From Clostridia bacterium (GTDB lineage: Bacteria > Bacillota > Clostridia > Oscillospirales > RGIG8002), in the NCBI GenBank assembly GCA_017620395.1, contig JAFZQJ010000022.1, positions 72,977 to 136,976 on the forward strand: a stretch of 64,000 bases of DNA, given 5' to 3'. The notes under the pieces were generated by a model, which worked only from the letters and a program-made list of their open reading frames with translations, did no database searches and was not told where the DNA came from. Numbering within the stretch: the stretch's first letter is position 1; every line of letters starts with the position of its first letter. The position numbers and the translations under genes were made by a program. Of the stretch, positions 45,254-55,004 are shown piece after piece.

Positions 45254-46273
45254 TTATCTGCCGGAATACATCTTTTCGTAATAATTTTTATATTCGCCGT
45301 TGATGATGTTCTCCCACCACTTGCGGTTGTCGAGATACCACTGCACGGTGTACTTTATGCCGCTCTCGAAGTCGTGGGCGGGCTTCCAGCCGAGCTCGTC
45401 GACTATCTTCGTCGGGTCGATCGCGTAGCGCATATCGTGGCCGGGACGGTCGGTAACGTAGGTGATGAGCGACTCCGGCTTGCCGAGCTGTTTGAGTATC
45501 TCCTTGACGACCTCGAGGTTGGTCTTTTCGTTGTGGCCGCCGATGTTATAGACCTCGCCCACTCTGCCCTTATGTATGATAAGGTCGATCGCGGAGCAGT
45601 GATCCTCGACGAAGAGCCAGTCGCGGACGTTCTCGCCCTTGCCGTAGATCGGCAGCGGCTCGTCGGCGAGCGCGCGGGAGATTATCAGCGGTATGAGCTT
45701 CTCCGGGAAGTGATAGGGCCCGTAGTTGTTCGAGCAGCGCGAAATCGTCACCGGCAGCTTGTAGGTGCGGTGGTACGCCAGCACGAGCAGGTCCGCCGCC
45801 GCCTTTGACGCGGAGTACGGGCTGGAGGTGTGGATCGGCGTCGTCTCGGTGAAGAAAAGGTCCTTCCTGTCGAGCGGCAGGTCGCCGTAGACCTCGTCGG
45901 TGGATACCTGGTGATAGCGCTTGACGCCGTATTTGCGCGAGGCGTCCAGCAGCACCTGCGTACCCATGACGTTGGTCGCAAGGAAGAGCTCCGGCGTTTC
46001 GATCGAGCGGTCGACGTGCGACTCAGCCGCAAAGTTGACGACGATATCAAAGTTTTCCTTCTCGAACAGCTCATAGACGGCCTTGCGGTCGGCGATGTCC
46101 GCCTTAACGAAGGCGAAATTCGGGTTTTTCAGCGCCTCCTCGAGCGTTTCGAGGTTGCCGGCGTAGGTAAGCTTGTCGATGCAGACTATCTTGTAGTCCG
46201 GGTGCTCCCTGAGCATGTAGTAGATGAAATTCGAGCCGATAAAGCCGGCTCCTCCGGTGACGAGAATCTTCAT
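45254..46273 (-). CDS. rfbB: dTDP-glucose 4,6-dehydratase
   Basis: MKILVTGGAGFIGSNF, VSTDEVYG, and YSASKAA (the catalytic YxxxK). The start at 46273 is preceded by GGAGA. Confidence 0.9.
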   Translation of the reverse strand: MKILVTGGAGFIGSNFIYYMLREHPDYKIVCIDKLTYAGNLETLEEALKNPNFAFVKADIADRKAVYELFEKENFDIVVNFAAESHVDRSIETPELFLATNVMGTQVLLDASRKYGVKRYHQVSTDEVYGDLPLDRKDLFFTETTPIHTSSPYSASKAAADLLVLAYHRTYKLPVTISRCSNNYGPYHFPEKLIPLIISRALADEPLPIYGKGENVRDWLFVEDHCSAIDLIIHKGRVGEVYNIGGHNEKTNLEVVKEILKQLGKPESLITYVTDRPGHDMRYAIDPTKIVDELGWKPAHDFESGIKYTVQWYLDNRKWWENIINGEYKNYYEKMYSGR

Positions 46274-46301
46274 AGCGTCTCCATTCCCCGCTTCAGCGGT
46301 T

Positions 46302-46868
46302 TTATTTGTTATAAACGAAGTTGCAGTCGCTGTCTTTGAGCAGCGGCGCTTTTCTGTCTTTTTCCGAAATAACCGGGTCGCAGTCAACCCACTGCCGCCA
46401 GTTTATGCCGATATCGGGGTCGTCGAATTTTACGGAGCGGTCGCAGTCGGGCGCGTAGTAGGCGTCAACCTTGTACTGCACCTCGACGTCGTCGGTCAGC
46501 GTAAGGAAGGCGTGACCAAACCCCTTGGGCAGGAACAGCTGCCTTTTATTCTCCTCCGAAAGCTCCACGCCGACGTACTTTTTGTAGTTTGGCGAGCCCT
46601 TGCGGAAATCGACGGCGACGTCGATTATCCTGCCGCGCGTGCAGCGGACGAGCTTCGTCTGCGCCATGGGGTTCATCTGGAAGTGCAGGCCGCGGAGCGT
46701 CCCCTTCTGCGCGGAGTAGGAGTGGTTATCCTGCACGAATTCGACGTCTATACCCGCTTCTTGCAAAACCTTTTTGGAGTAGGTCTCGGTGAACCAGCCG
46801 CGGTTGTCGCCGAACACTTTGGGCTCGATGATGAGCACGCCTTCAAGCTCTGTTTTGATTATTTCCAT
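46302..46868 (-). CDS. rfbC: dTDP-4-dehydrorhamnose 3,5-epimerase
   Basis: FGDNRGWF, RGLHFQ and VPKGFGHAF-like blocks (LPKGFGHAF). Confidence 0.9.
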   Translation of the reverse strand: MEIIKTELEGVLIIEPKVFGDNRGWFTETYSKKVLQEAGIDVEFVQDNHSYSAQKGTLRGLHFQMNPMAQTKLVRCTRGRIIDVAVDFRKGSPNYKKYVGVELSEENKRQLFLPKGFGHAFLTLTDDVEVQYKVDAYYAPDCDRSVKFDDPDIGINWRQWVDCDPVISEKDRKAPLLKDSDCNFVYNK

Positions 46869-46884
46869 TACTAAGCGCTCTCCT

Positions 46885-47763
46885 TCAGTCTTTTATCTTG
46901 CCCTCGGCGACGTTCATAAGATGCTTGCCGTAGGGGGATTTTCCGTATCTGCGGGCCGCTTCCTTCAGCGTTTCGACGTCGATCCAACCGTTGTTGTAGG
47001 CGATCTCCTCGAGGGCGGCGATCTTCGTGCCCTGGCGGTTCTCGATGACGGAAACGTAGGAGGACGCCTCGAGCAGCGAGTCGACGGTGCCGGTGTCCAG
47101 CCACGCGTAGCCGCGGCCGAGCAGCTCGACGTTGAGGTTGCCTTTTTCGAGATATATGCGGTTGAGGTCGGTGATCTCAAGCTCGCCTCTGGCGCTGGGC
47201 TTCAGCGAAGAGGCGTATTCCGCCACCTTGTTGTCGTAGAAGTAAAGCCCGGTGACCGCGTAGTTCGAGGGCGGGTCTTTCGGCTTCTCGACGAGCGAAA
47301 CGACCTTGCCGTTCTCGTCAAAGCCGGCGACGCCGAAGCGTTCCGGATCCTCGACGTAGTAGCCGAAGATGGTCGCGCCTTCGGTGCGCGAAGCCGCCTT
47401 TTTCAGGAGCTCCGCAAGACCGTTGCCGTAGAAGATGTTGTCGCCGAGTATCATCGCGCAGGTATCGCCGCCGATGAACTCTTTGCCGAGGATGAACGCC
47501 TGGGCGAGTCCGTCCGGCGAGGGCTGCTCCTTGTAGCTCAGGCGCACGCCGTAACTGCTGCCGTCGCCGAAAAGCTTCATGTAGTTCGGCAGATCGGTCG
47601 GCGTGGAGATAATGAGGATATCCCTTATACCCGCGAGCATGAGCGTCGACAGCGGATAAAACACCATCGGTTTGTCATAGACGGGCAAGAGCTGCTTGCT
47701 CGTCACCATCGTTATCGGGTATAACCTTGTGCCGCTTCCGCCGGCGAGAATGATCCCTTTCAT
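46885..47763 (-). CDS. rfbA: Glucose-1-phosphate thymidylyltransferase
   Basis: [26 protein letters not shown] and GYAWLDTGT. Confidence 0.95.
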   Translation of the reverse strand: MKGIILAGGSGTRLYPITMVTSKQLLPVYDKPMVFYPLSTLMLAGIRDILIISTPTDLPNYMKLFGDGSSYGVRLSYKEQPSPDGLAQAFILGKEFIGGDTCAMILGDNIFYGNGLAELLKKAASRTEGATIFGYYVEDPERFGVAGFDENGKVVSLVEKPKDPPSNYAVTGLYFYDNKVAEYASSLKPSARGELEITDLNRIYLEKGNLNVELLGRGYAWLDTGTVDSLLEASSYVSVIENRQGTKIAALEEIAYNNGWIDVETLKEAARRYGKSPYGKHLMNVAEGKIKD

Positions 47764-48743
47764 AATGCGCTCCTTTTCAAAATTCTTTTATATGCAAGGT
47801 AATGTAAAAACGGAAAATGCAGATAGAGCAACTCGTAGAACATACGTCTGCCGATCCCGCCCGGCTTCATATTCATGAAATACTTGTGCAGCATCGGCGA
47901 GAAGCGTCTGACCTGCTTGCATCTCTCGAGATAAGCGATAGAAGCGTCGAGCCCTCCGCCGAGCGCGGAGTAGCCACGGCACATACGCGCTCCGCGCAGA
48001 TGGTTCTGCTCAATGAGCGCGCGCCTGTATTCGAGGTAACCCTCGTAAGAAGCGTCGCCGCGGCTCTGCCTTATGACGTTGCCGGCGTAGTCGGTCACCG
48101 TGCCGTAGACGTTGCCCTCGTGGGCGCGGTAGTTCGTCAGCGCGGCGGGCATATAGATTATGCCCATAAGCTCCGCGGCGCAGAAGACGCTCACCCAGTC
48201 GTGCGCGAAGACGTCGCTCTTGAAGGGCAGCATCTTGCGCCTGACGGACGCGGTGAAAAGCTGCGAGCAGCCCGCGCAGAAATGCCGCACCGCGCACGCC
48301 TTTATCGCCGTGCCGGACAGCTTCGGGTAGCTTTTTTCCTTGAACCAGCTCTCGGAAATCACCTTGCCCTCCGCGTCGATACGGCGCATATCGGTATACG
48401 CCAGACTCTTGCCGGAGGTCTTGAGCACCGAAAGCATGATTTCAAGCTTGCCGGGCGCCCATACGTCGTCTTGATCCGCGAAAGCGACGTAGGGCGCGCT
48501 GCTCTGCATGAGCAGGAATTCAAAGTTGCGGACAAAACCGAGGTTGTGCTCCTGCTCGAAGAGCTTTACACGCGAGTCGTTGCGCGCGTATTCGCGGAGG
48601 ATCTCCCTCGTGCCGTCCGACGACGCGTCGTCGCTGACAATCAGCGATATATCGGAGTGCGATTGACCGAGGATGCTGTCGATCAGCGGTCTTAAAAACC
48701 GCTCTCCGTTGTAAGTCGCAAGTAATACGTCGACCTTTTCCAT
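47760..48743 (-). CDS. Family 2 glycosyltransferase (rhamnosyltransferase-like)
   Basis: [20 protein letters not shown] (DxD region) and FADQDDVW, typical of GT2. It overlaps both neighbouring genes. Confidence 0.75.
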   Translation of the reverse strand: MEKVDVLLATYNGERFLRPLIDSILGQSHSDISLIVSDDASSDGTREILREYARNDSRVKLFEQEHNLGFVRNFEFLLMQSSAPYVAFADQDDVWAPGKLEIMLSVLKTSGKSLAYTDMRRIDAEGKVISESWFKEKSYPKLSGTAIKACAVRHFCAGCSQLFTASVRRKMLPFKSDVFAHDWVSVFCAAELMGIIYMPAALTNYRAHEGNVYGTVTDYAGNVIRQSRGDASYEGYLEYRRALIEQNHLRGARMCRGYSALGGGLDASIAYLERCKQVRRFSPMLHKYFMNMKPGGIGRRMFYELLYLHFPFLHYLAYKRILKRSAL

Positions 48744-49984
48744 TACGTCTCTTCTCCGTTATCGTATACAAAATGAAGTCTCACTATCCTGAGATCGTCC
48801 AATGCGCTGAAGGTGGTTTTTTCGAGGACCATACTATCGTTTTTCGCCGCGGCGTAGTGCAGATAATACGAAATGTCGACCGCCTTGCCGGTGGCGTACA
48901 GCAGATACTCCTTGACCGCCGCGTAATCACGCCTGCCGGCGAACTTCACGGTAACGTAATCCTCGCGCTTCTCAACGGCGGAAACGATGGAGACGCCTAT
49001 CTTCTTGACGTCAAGCTCCGTATAGTATCCGCCGGTACGGTAAAACCAGTTGCAGGCGACGGCTTCGCTCTCGGGGTACTCCGCCCAGTCGTTCGGCTTA
49101 TGCGAGGCGGTCATCTCCGCGCTCGTCACGCAGAAGTAATTGTGAGATACTGCGTTGCCTTCCTCTTCCGGCTCGCCCCATGTAATATCGGTGTAGTACC
49201 ACTCGCCGTCAAGCAGGAGCATACTCCATTCGTGATTGTATTTCTCCCCGGTCTCGGCGTTTGTCACCGTACCGATTACCGACGTAGCGAATACGCCCAT
49301 TCTGCGGAGCAGATACTGGTACGCGGCCGAGTATCCGGCGCAGACCGACTCGTGATTGATGAAGACGCTGACGATGCACTGACTGTCGTCCGTCAGCGGA
49401 TCGTAACCGTCGCGGGAAACGATGACATCAGCGGTTTCGGTGTCATACTCCGTCGTATTGACTATGAAATCATGCGCGGCGAGCGCCTTGTCGTAGTCGC
49501 TCTTGTTCGCGTGCCTCTCAGCGAAGGCGTCGCAGACGGCGTCTATCTGCGCCGTCAGCTCCGCGACCTGCTCGCGTGTGTAGCGGTAGCGCGGCGTATA
49601 CCTGCCGCCCATATAGAGCAGCGGCAGAAGATTTTCGTCATAATACAGGCCCGAGTTCGCCACCCAGAAAAGCTCCGGGCAATCGAGCAGCATCAGCTTG
49701 TTTATGCGTATCATATCCTTGACCGGAAGCGTAAGGCCGGTAACTTCATCGTCCATACGCTGATACGCCGCGAGCAGCAGCCGGTAGTTCAGCTGCTCCT
49801 CTTCGGACAGCTGATCATAATAAAACTTTCGCGTTCCGGTGCAGTCGATGACCGTTTCGCCCTTAGGGACGGTAACGCGGCGCAGGAAAGTCGCACTTCT
49901 GTTTATAAAGGAACAGCCTGACGCGCCGACGAGCAGCAGAAACGCGGCGAATAAAGCAGCCAGCTTTTTCCGATAAAAGCTCAT
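48743..49984 (-). CDS. Transglutaminase-like (papain-fold) domain lipoprotein
   Basis: Lipobox LLVGASGC after MSFYRKKLAALFAAFL (start at 49984). The transglutaminase core is CAGYSAAYQYLLRRMG ... NHEWSMLLLDGEWYYTDITW (Cys-His-Asp arrangement). Confidence 0.65.
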   Translation of the reverse strand: MSFYRKKLAALFAAFLLLVGASGCSFINRSATFLRRVTVPKGETVIDCTGTRKFYYDQLSEEEQLNYRLLLAAYQRMDDEVTGLTLPVKDMIRINKLMLLDCPELFWVANSGLYYDENLLPLLYMGGRYTPRYRYTREQVAELTAQIDAVCDAFAERHANKSDYDKALAAHDFIVNTTEYDTETADVIVSRDGYDPLTDDSQCIVSVFINHESVCAGYSAAYQYLLRRMGVFATSVIGTVTNAETGEKYNHEWSMLLLDGEWYYTDITWGEPEEEGNAVSHNYFCVTSAEMTASHKPNDWAEYPESEAVACNWFYRTGGYYTELDVKKIGVSIVSAVEKREDYVTVKFAGRRDYAAVKEYLLYATGKAVDISYYLHYAAAKNDSMVLEKTTFSALDDLRIVRLHFVYDNGEET

Positions 49985-50069
49985 TGGATTCCACCCGATA
50001 TATTGATTATACCACCGTACGGCCCGCATTTCAATACAAATCCCGTACCGGAGACAAAAACCGCGGCTC

Positions 50070-51071
50070 TCAATAGAGCGCAGAAACCTCTTTTATCATA
50101 TCCGAGTACGCGTTTTTCAGCGACTCGGGCGCGAGGACCCTGACCTTGCTTCCGAAGCCGAAGAGAAAGGCGAAAAACTGTGGACTGATCTTCGCTCTGA
50201 CCCGCAGCTCGAAGGCGTCTTCACCGTGCTTCGAAACGCGGCAGTCCTCGCCGAAGCGGTCGACGACGAGGCCTATAAGCGAGTTGTCGAACAACAACAG
50301 GACGTTCTCCTCGGGACCGTTGAACATGCGGAAGGTACTGTCCATATATTTCGCAACGTCGAACTTCGCGATCTTGTCCGACTTTTCCGACGGCTTATCC
50401 GAAACGGACGGCTGCTCCATTTTGTCGACGCGGAAGTTCTTTATCACGTCGTCTGCGCCGTCGTAGCCGATGAGGTAGTAATACTCGTCGTCCCACACCA
50501 GTTCGCACGGCGTGATTTCGTAGTTCTTACCGTTACGGCGAAGAGTTCGCTTGACACGGCTCGCGCCGCCGAAGTCGGGCTTCCACTCGGCGTAGCGGAA
50601 GTTTATCATCCTTCCCGCCGAAATTGCGGAGTGGATGGCGTCAACATTGTAGAATATCCGCTCGTTGTGCGCACGGACGCGGTTCGGAACGTAGACGACG
50701 CGCTTCAGCTCACCCGCGCGGTATTCGCCCGCGAGAGACGCTATCTTTTTGATTATCCCCTGCGACTTCTTCTCCGTCAGGAACTTCGCCGCCGCGACCG
50801 CGTCGACGAGCAGCTTCAACTCCGGGAGATCGAACTCGCGTGAAGCGAGGTAATAACCGGATTGTTTACCTTTTACGTTGACAATATCCATTCCGAAATC
50901 ACGGAGACATTCTATATCATCGTATATGCTTTTACGTTCGGCTGATATGCCGTTCTTATCAAGGTACGCTATCAAATCCTGAACGCTCGCGACGTGATCC
51001 TCGTCGGAGAAGCGTTCGAGGTATTCCTTGATATAAAGCAGTTTCAGTTTCTGATAGGGGTTTCTCGGCAT
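50070..51071 (-). CDS. HTH plus WYL-domain transcriptional regulator
   Basis: N-terminal winged HTH (KLLYIKEYLERFSDEDHVASVQDLIAYL). The central WYL-like segment is ELVWDDEYYYLIGY. Size is about 330 aa, typical of this family. Confidence 0.65.
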   Translation of the reverse strand: MPRNPYQKLKLLYIKEYLERFSDEDHVASVQDLIAYLDKNGISAERKSIYDDIECLRDFGMDIVNVKGKQSGYYLASREFDLPELKLLVDAVAAAKFLTEKKSQGIIKKIASLAGEYRAGELKRVVYVPNRVRAHNERIFYNVDAIHSAISAGRMINFRYAEWKPDFGGASRVKRTLRRNGKNYEITPCELVWDDEYYYLIGYDGADDVIKNFRVDKMEQPSVSDKPSEKSDKIAKFDVAKYMDSTFRMFNGPEENVLLLFDNSLIGLVVDRFGEDCRVSKHGEDAFELRVRAKISPQFFAFLFGFGSKVRVLAPESLKNAYSDMIKEVSALY

Positions 51072-51084
51072 CGGAGCGCTCCTT

Positions 51085-52026
51085 TCAGACCGCGTTCAGC
51101 GGGCTTCCCTCAAGGAAGCCGCGGAGGTTTTCTTCCACCTTTTCCATCAGGCGCACACGCGCCTCGTAGGTTCCCCACGCTATATGAGGGGTGATCGTGC
51201 AGTCTTCGCGTCCGAGAAGCGGACTGCCGGCAAACGGCGGCTCCTGCCTCATAACGTCGAGCAGAGCGCGGGATATCCTGCCGCTGTCGAGTCCGCGCGC
51301 GAGCGCCTCCTCGTCGACGACGCCGCCGCGCGAGGTATTGATTATGACGCAGCCGGGCTTGCATTTCGCTATGAAATCGTCGCAGACGTAGTTTGCCGTT
51401 TCCGCGTTCAGCGGACAGCAGAAGGCGATGTAATCTGAGTTTGCGGCGAGCTCGTCGCGCGAAACGAATTCATACGGGCAGTCCTTCTTCGTGCGGCTCG
51501 TGTAGATAACGCGCATACCGAAGGCGTCGGCTATCTTCGACACCGCCGCGCCGATGCTGCCCATGCCGACGACGCCGAAGGTCTTGCCGGCGAGCTCGTG
51601 CAGCGGCGTTTCGTAGAAGCAGAACTGAGGGCTTGAAGTCCACTTCCCCGCCTTCACGGCGGCGTTGTGTTCCGCAACGCCGTCCGTCGTTGAAAGGATC
51701 AGCGCGAATATGTGCTGCGCGACTGACATCGTACTGTACGCCGGCACGTTCGAGACGGTTATGCCGAGCGCGTGCGCGGTCTCAAGGTCGACGGCGTTCG
51801 TGCCGGTGCTGAGCAGACCGACGTATTTCACCGTCTTCATCCCGCGGAGTATCTCCGCGTCGAGCACGGTCTTGTTTATGATGAGAGCGTCCGCGCCTTC
51901 GCTGCGCGGGAGTATCTCCTCGCGCCTGCTGTAGTCGTAGACCTCGTATTCGCCGTATTTCGCGAGCCATTCCCACGAAAGATCGCCGGGGTTGGCGGAG
52001 TATCCGTCAAGCACGACCGTTTTCAT
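51085..52026 (-). CDS. D-isomer-specific 2-hydroxyacid dehydrogenase (glycerate/hydroxypyruvate reductase-like)
   Basis: NAD motif GVVGMGSIGAAV, and the catalytic pattern NTSRG...D and ITPHIAW. Confidence 0.8.
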   Translation of the reverse strand: MKTVVLDGYSANPGDLSWEWLAKYGEYEVYDYSRREEILPRSEGADALIINKTVLDAEILRGMKTVKYVGLLSTGTNAVDLETAHALGITVSNVPAYSTMSVAQHIFALILSTTDGVAEHNAAVKAGKWTSSPQFCFYETPLHELAGKTFGVVGMGSIGAAVSKIADAFGMRVIYTSRTKKDCPYEFVSRDELAANSDYIAFCCPLNAETANYVCDDFIAKCKPGCVIINTSRGGVVDEEALARGLDSGRISRALLDVMRQEPPFAGSPLLGREDCTITPHIAWGTYEARVRLMEKVEENLRGFLEGSPLNAV

Positions 52027-53699
52027 TATTCCGCTCCTTCCGCACGCGCCTGCGAAAGCATCTCCGCGGCGCTCTCTCTGGTAACGTCGGTTATCCTGCT
52101 GCCGCCTATGATGCGGGCGAGCTCCTCCACCCTGCCGGCTTCGTCGAGCTCCCTGACGGAGGTGAACGTACCGCCGCCGACGACGTTTTTCTCTATCAAA
52201 AGATGGCGGTCGGCGTATGCGGCAATCTGCGCCAGGTGCGTTACCGCGAAGACCTGGCGGTCGCGGCTGACCTCCTTCATCTTTAACGCTATTTTGTCCG
52301 CGGCCCTGCCGCTGATGCCGGTATCAATCTCGTCGAAGATTATCGTGGCGACGTCGTCCTTCTCGGCGAGGGCTGTCTTGATCGCGAGCATTATGCGCGA
52401 AAGCTCGCCGCCCGACGCGATGCGGATTATCGGCTTCGGCGGCTCGCCCGGGTTGACGCTGATGAGGAATTCGCAGGTCTCAGCGCCGCCGGAGAAGTAA
52501 TCGCACCCCGTCAGCTTCGCGTTAAAGACGACGTTCGGCATATCGAGGAACTTCAGCTGCGCGAGCACCTCGCGCTCGAATTTCGCGGCGGCGGCGCGGC
52601 GCTTTTCCGAAAGCGCGGCGGCGCGTTTTTTCAACTCCGCGAAAACGTTTTCGCGCTCGGCTTCAAGCTTTTTCAGCGCACCCTCGTAATCGCTGATAAG
52701 CCCCAGCTCCTCGTTTATCTTTTCGTAGTATTCCAGCACGGCGGCTTCGGAACCGCCGTATTTGTGCTTCATCTTATAGATGACGTCGAGGCGCTCCTCG
52801 ACCTCGTCGACGCTCTCGCCCTCGTCCATCGAGTCGAGGAAGGACGAAACTCTGTCTGCGGCGTCGCGCAGCGAGAAATAAACCTCCTCCAGCTTCGCGG
52901 CTGTCTCCGCGAGCTCGGGTGAAACGGACGAAACGCCGTCGAGCAGCTGCCGCGAAAGGTAGACCGCGTCGACCGCGTTGAACTCCTCGCCGTCGCTGAG
53001 CTTTTCACGCGCCTCGGAGAGCGCGGAAACGATACGCTGTCTGTTGAGTATTAGCGCCTTGCGTGCGTTCAACTCGTCCTCTTCGCCGACGCGGATATTC
53101 GCCGCGGCGATTTCTTCGCACTGGAATGAAAGCAGTTCGAGCCGCTTCTCCCTGTCCTCGGATTTGCGGCGCAGGTCGTCGATCTTGTCTGTCAGCGCTG
53201 TGTATTCGGCGTATTTTTCGCCGTAGCTCTCAAGCTCGGGAGTGCAGTCCCCGATAGCGTCTATGTAATCCATGTGCCGCTCCGGAAGCATGAGCAGGCG
53301 GCTGTCGTGCTGGCCGTGGATGTCCACGAGCGCGGCGGCGCAGCCGCGGAGCGTCGCGGCGACGACGGGCCTGTCGTTTATGCGGCAGTAACTTTTGCCA
53401 TCCGCGGTCACGTCGCGGCGAAAGAGCACCACGCCTTCGTCCGCGTCGATTCCCGCGTCTGCGAGAAAGCGCAGCGTCGCTTCGTCAACGTCGGTGAAGA
53501 CGGCGGAGACGGACGCCTTCGCCTCTCCGGAGCGGATTATATCGCGGGTCGCCCTGCCGCCGAGGATGAGGTTTATGGAATCGACGAGGATGGATTTGCC
53601 CGCGCCTGTCTCGCCGGTCAGCACGTTGAAGCCGGCGGAAAAATCCACGTCGGCGGAGCGTATCACGGCGATATTCTCTATGTGAAGCGAGGAAAGCAT
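52026..53699 (-). CDS. recN: DNA repair protein RecN
   Basis: LHIENIAVI...VLTGETGAGKSIL Walker A, long coiled coils, and C-terminal ASGGELSRIMLA and IFDEIDTGISG. Confidence 0.95.
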   Translation of the reverse strand: MLSSLHIENIAVIRSADVDFSAGFNVLTGETGAGKSILVDSINLILGGRATRDIIRSGEAKASVSAVFTDVDEATLRFLADAGIDADEGVVLFRRDVTADGKSYCRINDRPVVAATLRGCAAALVDIHGQHDSRLLMLPERHMDYIDAIGDCTPELESYGEKYAEYTALTDKIDDLRRKSEDREKRLELLSFQCEEIAAANIRVGEEDELNARKALILNRQRIVSALSEAREKLSDGEEFNAVDAVYLSRQLLDGVSSVSPELAETAAKLEEVYFSLRDAADRVSSFLDSMDEGESVDEVEERLDVIYKMKHKYGGSEAAVLEYYEKINEELGLISDYEGALKKLEAERENVFAELKKRAAALSEKRRAAAAKFEREVLAQLKFLDMPNVVFNAKLTGCDYFSGGAETCEFLISVNPGEPPKPIIRIASGGELSRIMLAIKTALAEKDDVATIIFDEIDTGISGRAADKIALKMKEVSRDRQVFAVTHLAQIAAYADRHLLIEKNVVGGGTFTSVRELDEAGRVEELARIIGGSRITDVTRESAAEMLSQARAEGAE

Positions 53700-53721
53700 A
53701 CGCCCCCTCCTTTCGTTTGCG

Positions 53722-54174
53722 TCAGGAAATCAGCGTTTCAAGTTCGGATCTGAGGATCTCGGCGCGCTCGTTCGTGCGGAGAACGACGAATATGGTGTCG
53801 TCGCCGGCGATCGTGCCGACTATGTCGGGGTTCTTCATCGCGTCTATGAGCGAGCACAGGGCGTTAGCCATTCCGGGATAGCTCTTGATGACCACGATGT
53901 TCTGAGCGACGTCGGCTTTTATCATGGCTTCGGTAAAAAGCTTCGAGAACTTTTCGGGGTTGCCGAGCGCGTCGTCCCTCCCCGAAACGCCGTAGGCGTA
54001 TTTTCCGGACGGGGTGCGGACTTTGACGAGATTAAGATCGTTGATGTCGCGGGAGACCGTCGCCTGCGTGACGTTGTATCCCTCTTCAAGAAGCGCCTTG
54101 CGCAGCTCCTGCTGAGTGCTTACCGTGCGGCTTTCGATAATTTCGAGGATCTTGACGTGTCTGGTCGGTTTCAT
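53722..54174 (-). CDS. argR: Arginine repressor
   Basis: MKPTRHVKILEII....STQQEL...G..VTQATVSRDI winged HTH, and a C-terminal GTIAGDDT motif. The start at 54174 follows GGAGGAG. Confidence 0.9.
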   Translation of the reverse strand: MKPTRHVKILEIIESRTVSTQQELRKALLEEGYNVTQATVSRDINDLNLVKVRTPSGKYAYGVSGRDDALGNPEKFSKLFTEAMIKADVAQNIVVIKSYPGMANALCSLIDAMKNPDIVGTIAGDDTIFVVLRTNERAEILRSELETLIS

Positions 54175-54196
54175 GGTTTTCACTCCTCCGGTCATG

Positions 54197-55000
54197 TCAA
54201 TTCAAGCCGAAAAGCTTGGTTTTGATTTTTTCGTAAAACGCCGTTTCATCCGGCGCGAGCAGTTCAAGGTACTTATCCGAACAACGCAGCACGACGCGGT
54301 CGCCATCCTGCAGCGGGACCGGCGCGTCTCCGTCAACGGTAAGAGTCGCTTCCCTGTCGCCGAGACCGACGACCCTCGCCGAAACCTCCGCGGTGTCCGG
54401 AAGCACGACCGACCTCGCGGTCAGCGTGTAGGGGCAGACAGGCGTGACGATTACGGAAGATACCTCCGGAGCGACTATCGGCCCGCCCGCAGACATGGAG
54501 TACGCGGTCGAACCGGTCGGAGTCGCGATTATGACTCCGTCGCCGCGCACAGTATATATTTCGCATCCGTCGACAGCGACCTCTATATCGATGATACGGG
54601 ATATTCCGCCGCGGGAAACGACCGCTTCGTTCAGCGCAAAGCCGGAGCTGAGCAGTCCGCCGTCAGCGCCGAAAACTCCGAATTCCAGCAGCATACGCCT
54701 TTCTCTGTGCGCGTTCCGCAGCAACTGCGATACGCCGACGGCCTCGCGCTTTTCCGGCACCGTGAGAAAGCCTACCCTGCCGGTGTTCAGCGCAAGCACG
54801 GGGATCCCGCGCAGCGCGGCCTCCTTGCCGGCGTGAAGCACGGTACCGTCGCCTCCGACGACGACGCAGAGGTCGGCGTTTTCGCTCAGCCCCTTTTCCG
54901 TCACTACGGCTTCGTCGCCGGACGCGAGAAACAGCTCCCGCGCACGGTCAGCGGCGAGACGGCTGCGTTCGTTATTGTTGCATACTATCAAAGCTTTCAT
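54197..55000 (-). CDS. nadK: NAD+ kinase
   Basis: GGDGT motif (VVGGDGTVLHAG), NTGRVGFL and TPTGSTAYSMSAGGP. Confidence 0.9.
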   Translation of the reverse strand: MKALIVCNNNERSRLAADRARELFLASGDEAVVTEKGLSENADLCVVVGGDGTVLHAGKEAALRGIPVLALNTGRVGFLTVPEKREAVGVSQLLRNAHRERRMLLEFGVFGADGGLLSSGFALNEAVVSRGGISRIIDIEVAVDGCEIYTVRGDGVIIATPTGSTAYSMSAGGPIVAPEVSSVIVTPVCPYTLTARSVVLPDTAEVSARVVGLGDREATLTVDGDAPVPLQDGDRVVLRCSDKYLELLAPDETAFYEKIKTKLFGLN

Positions 55001-55004
55001 ATTA

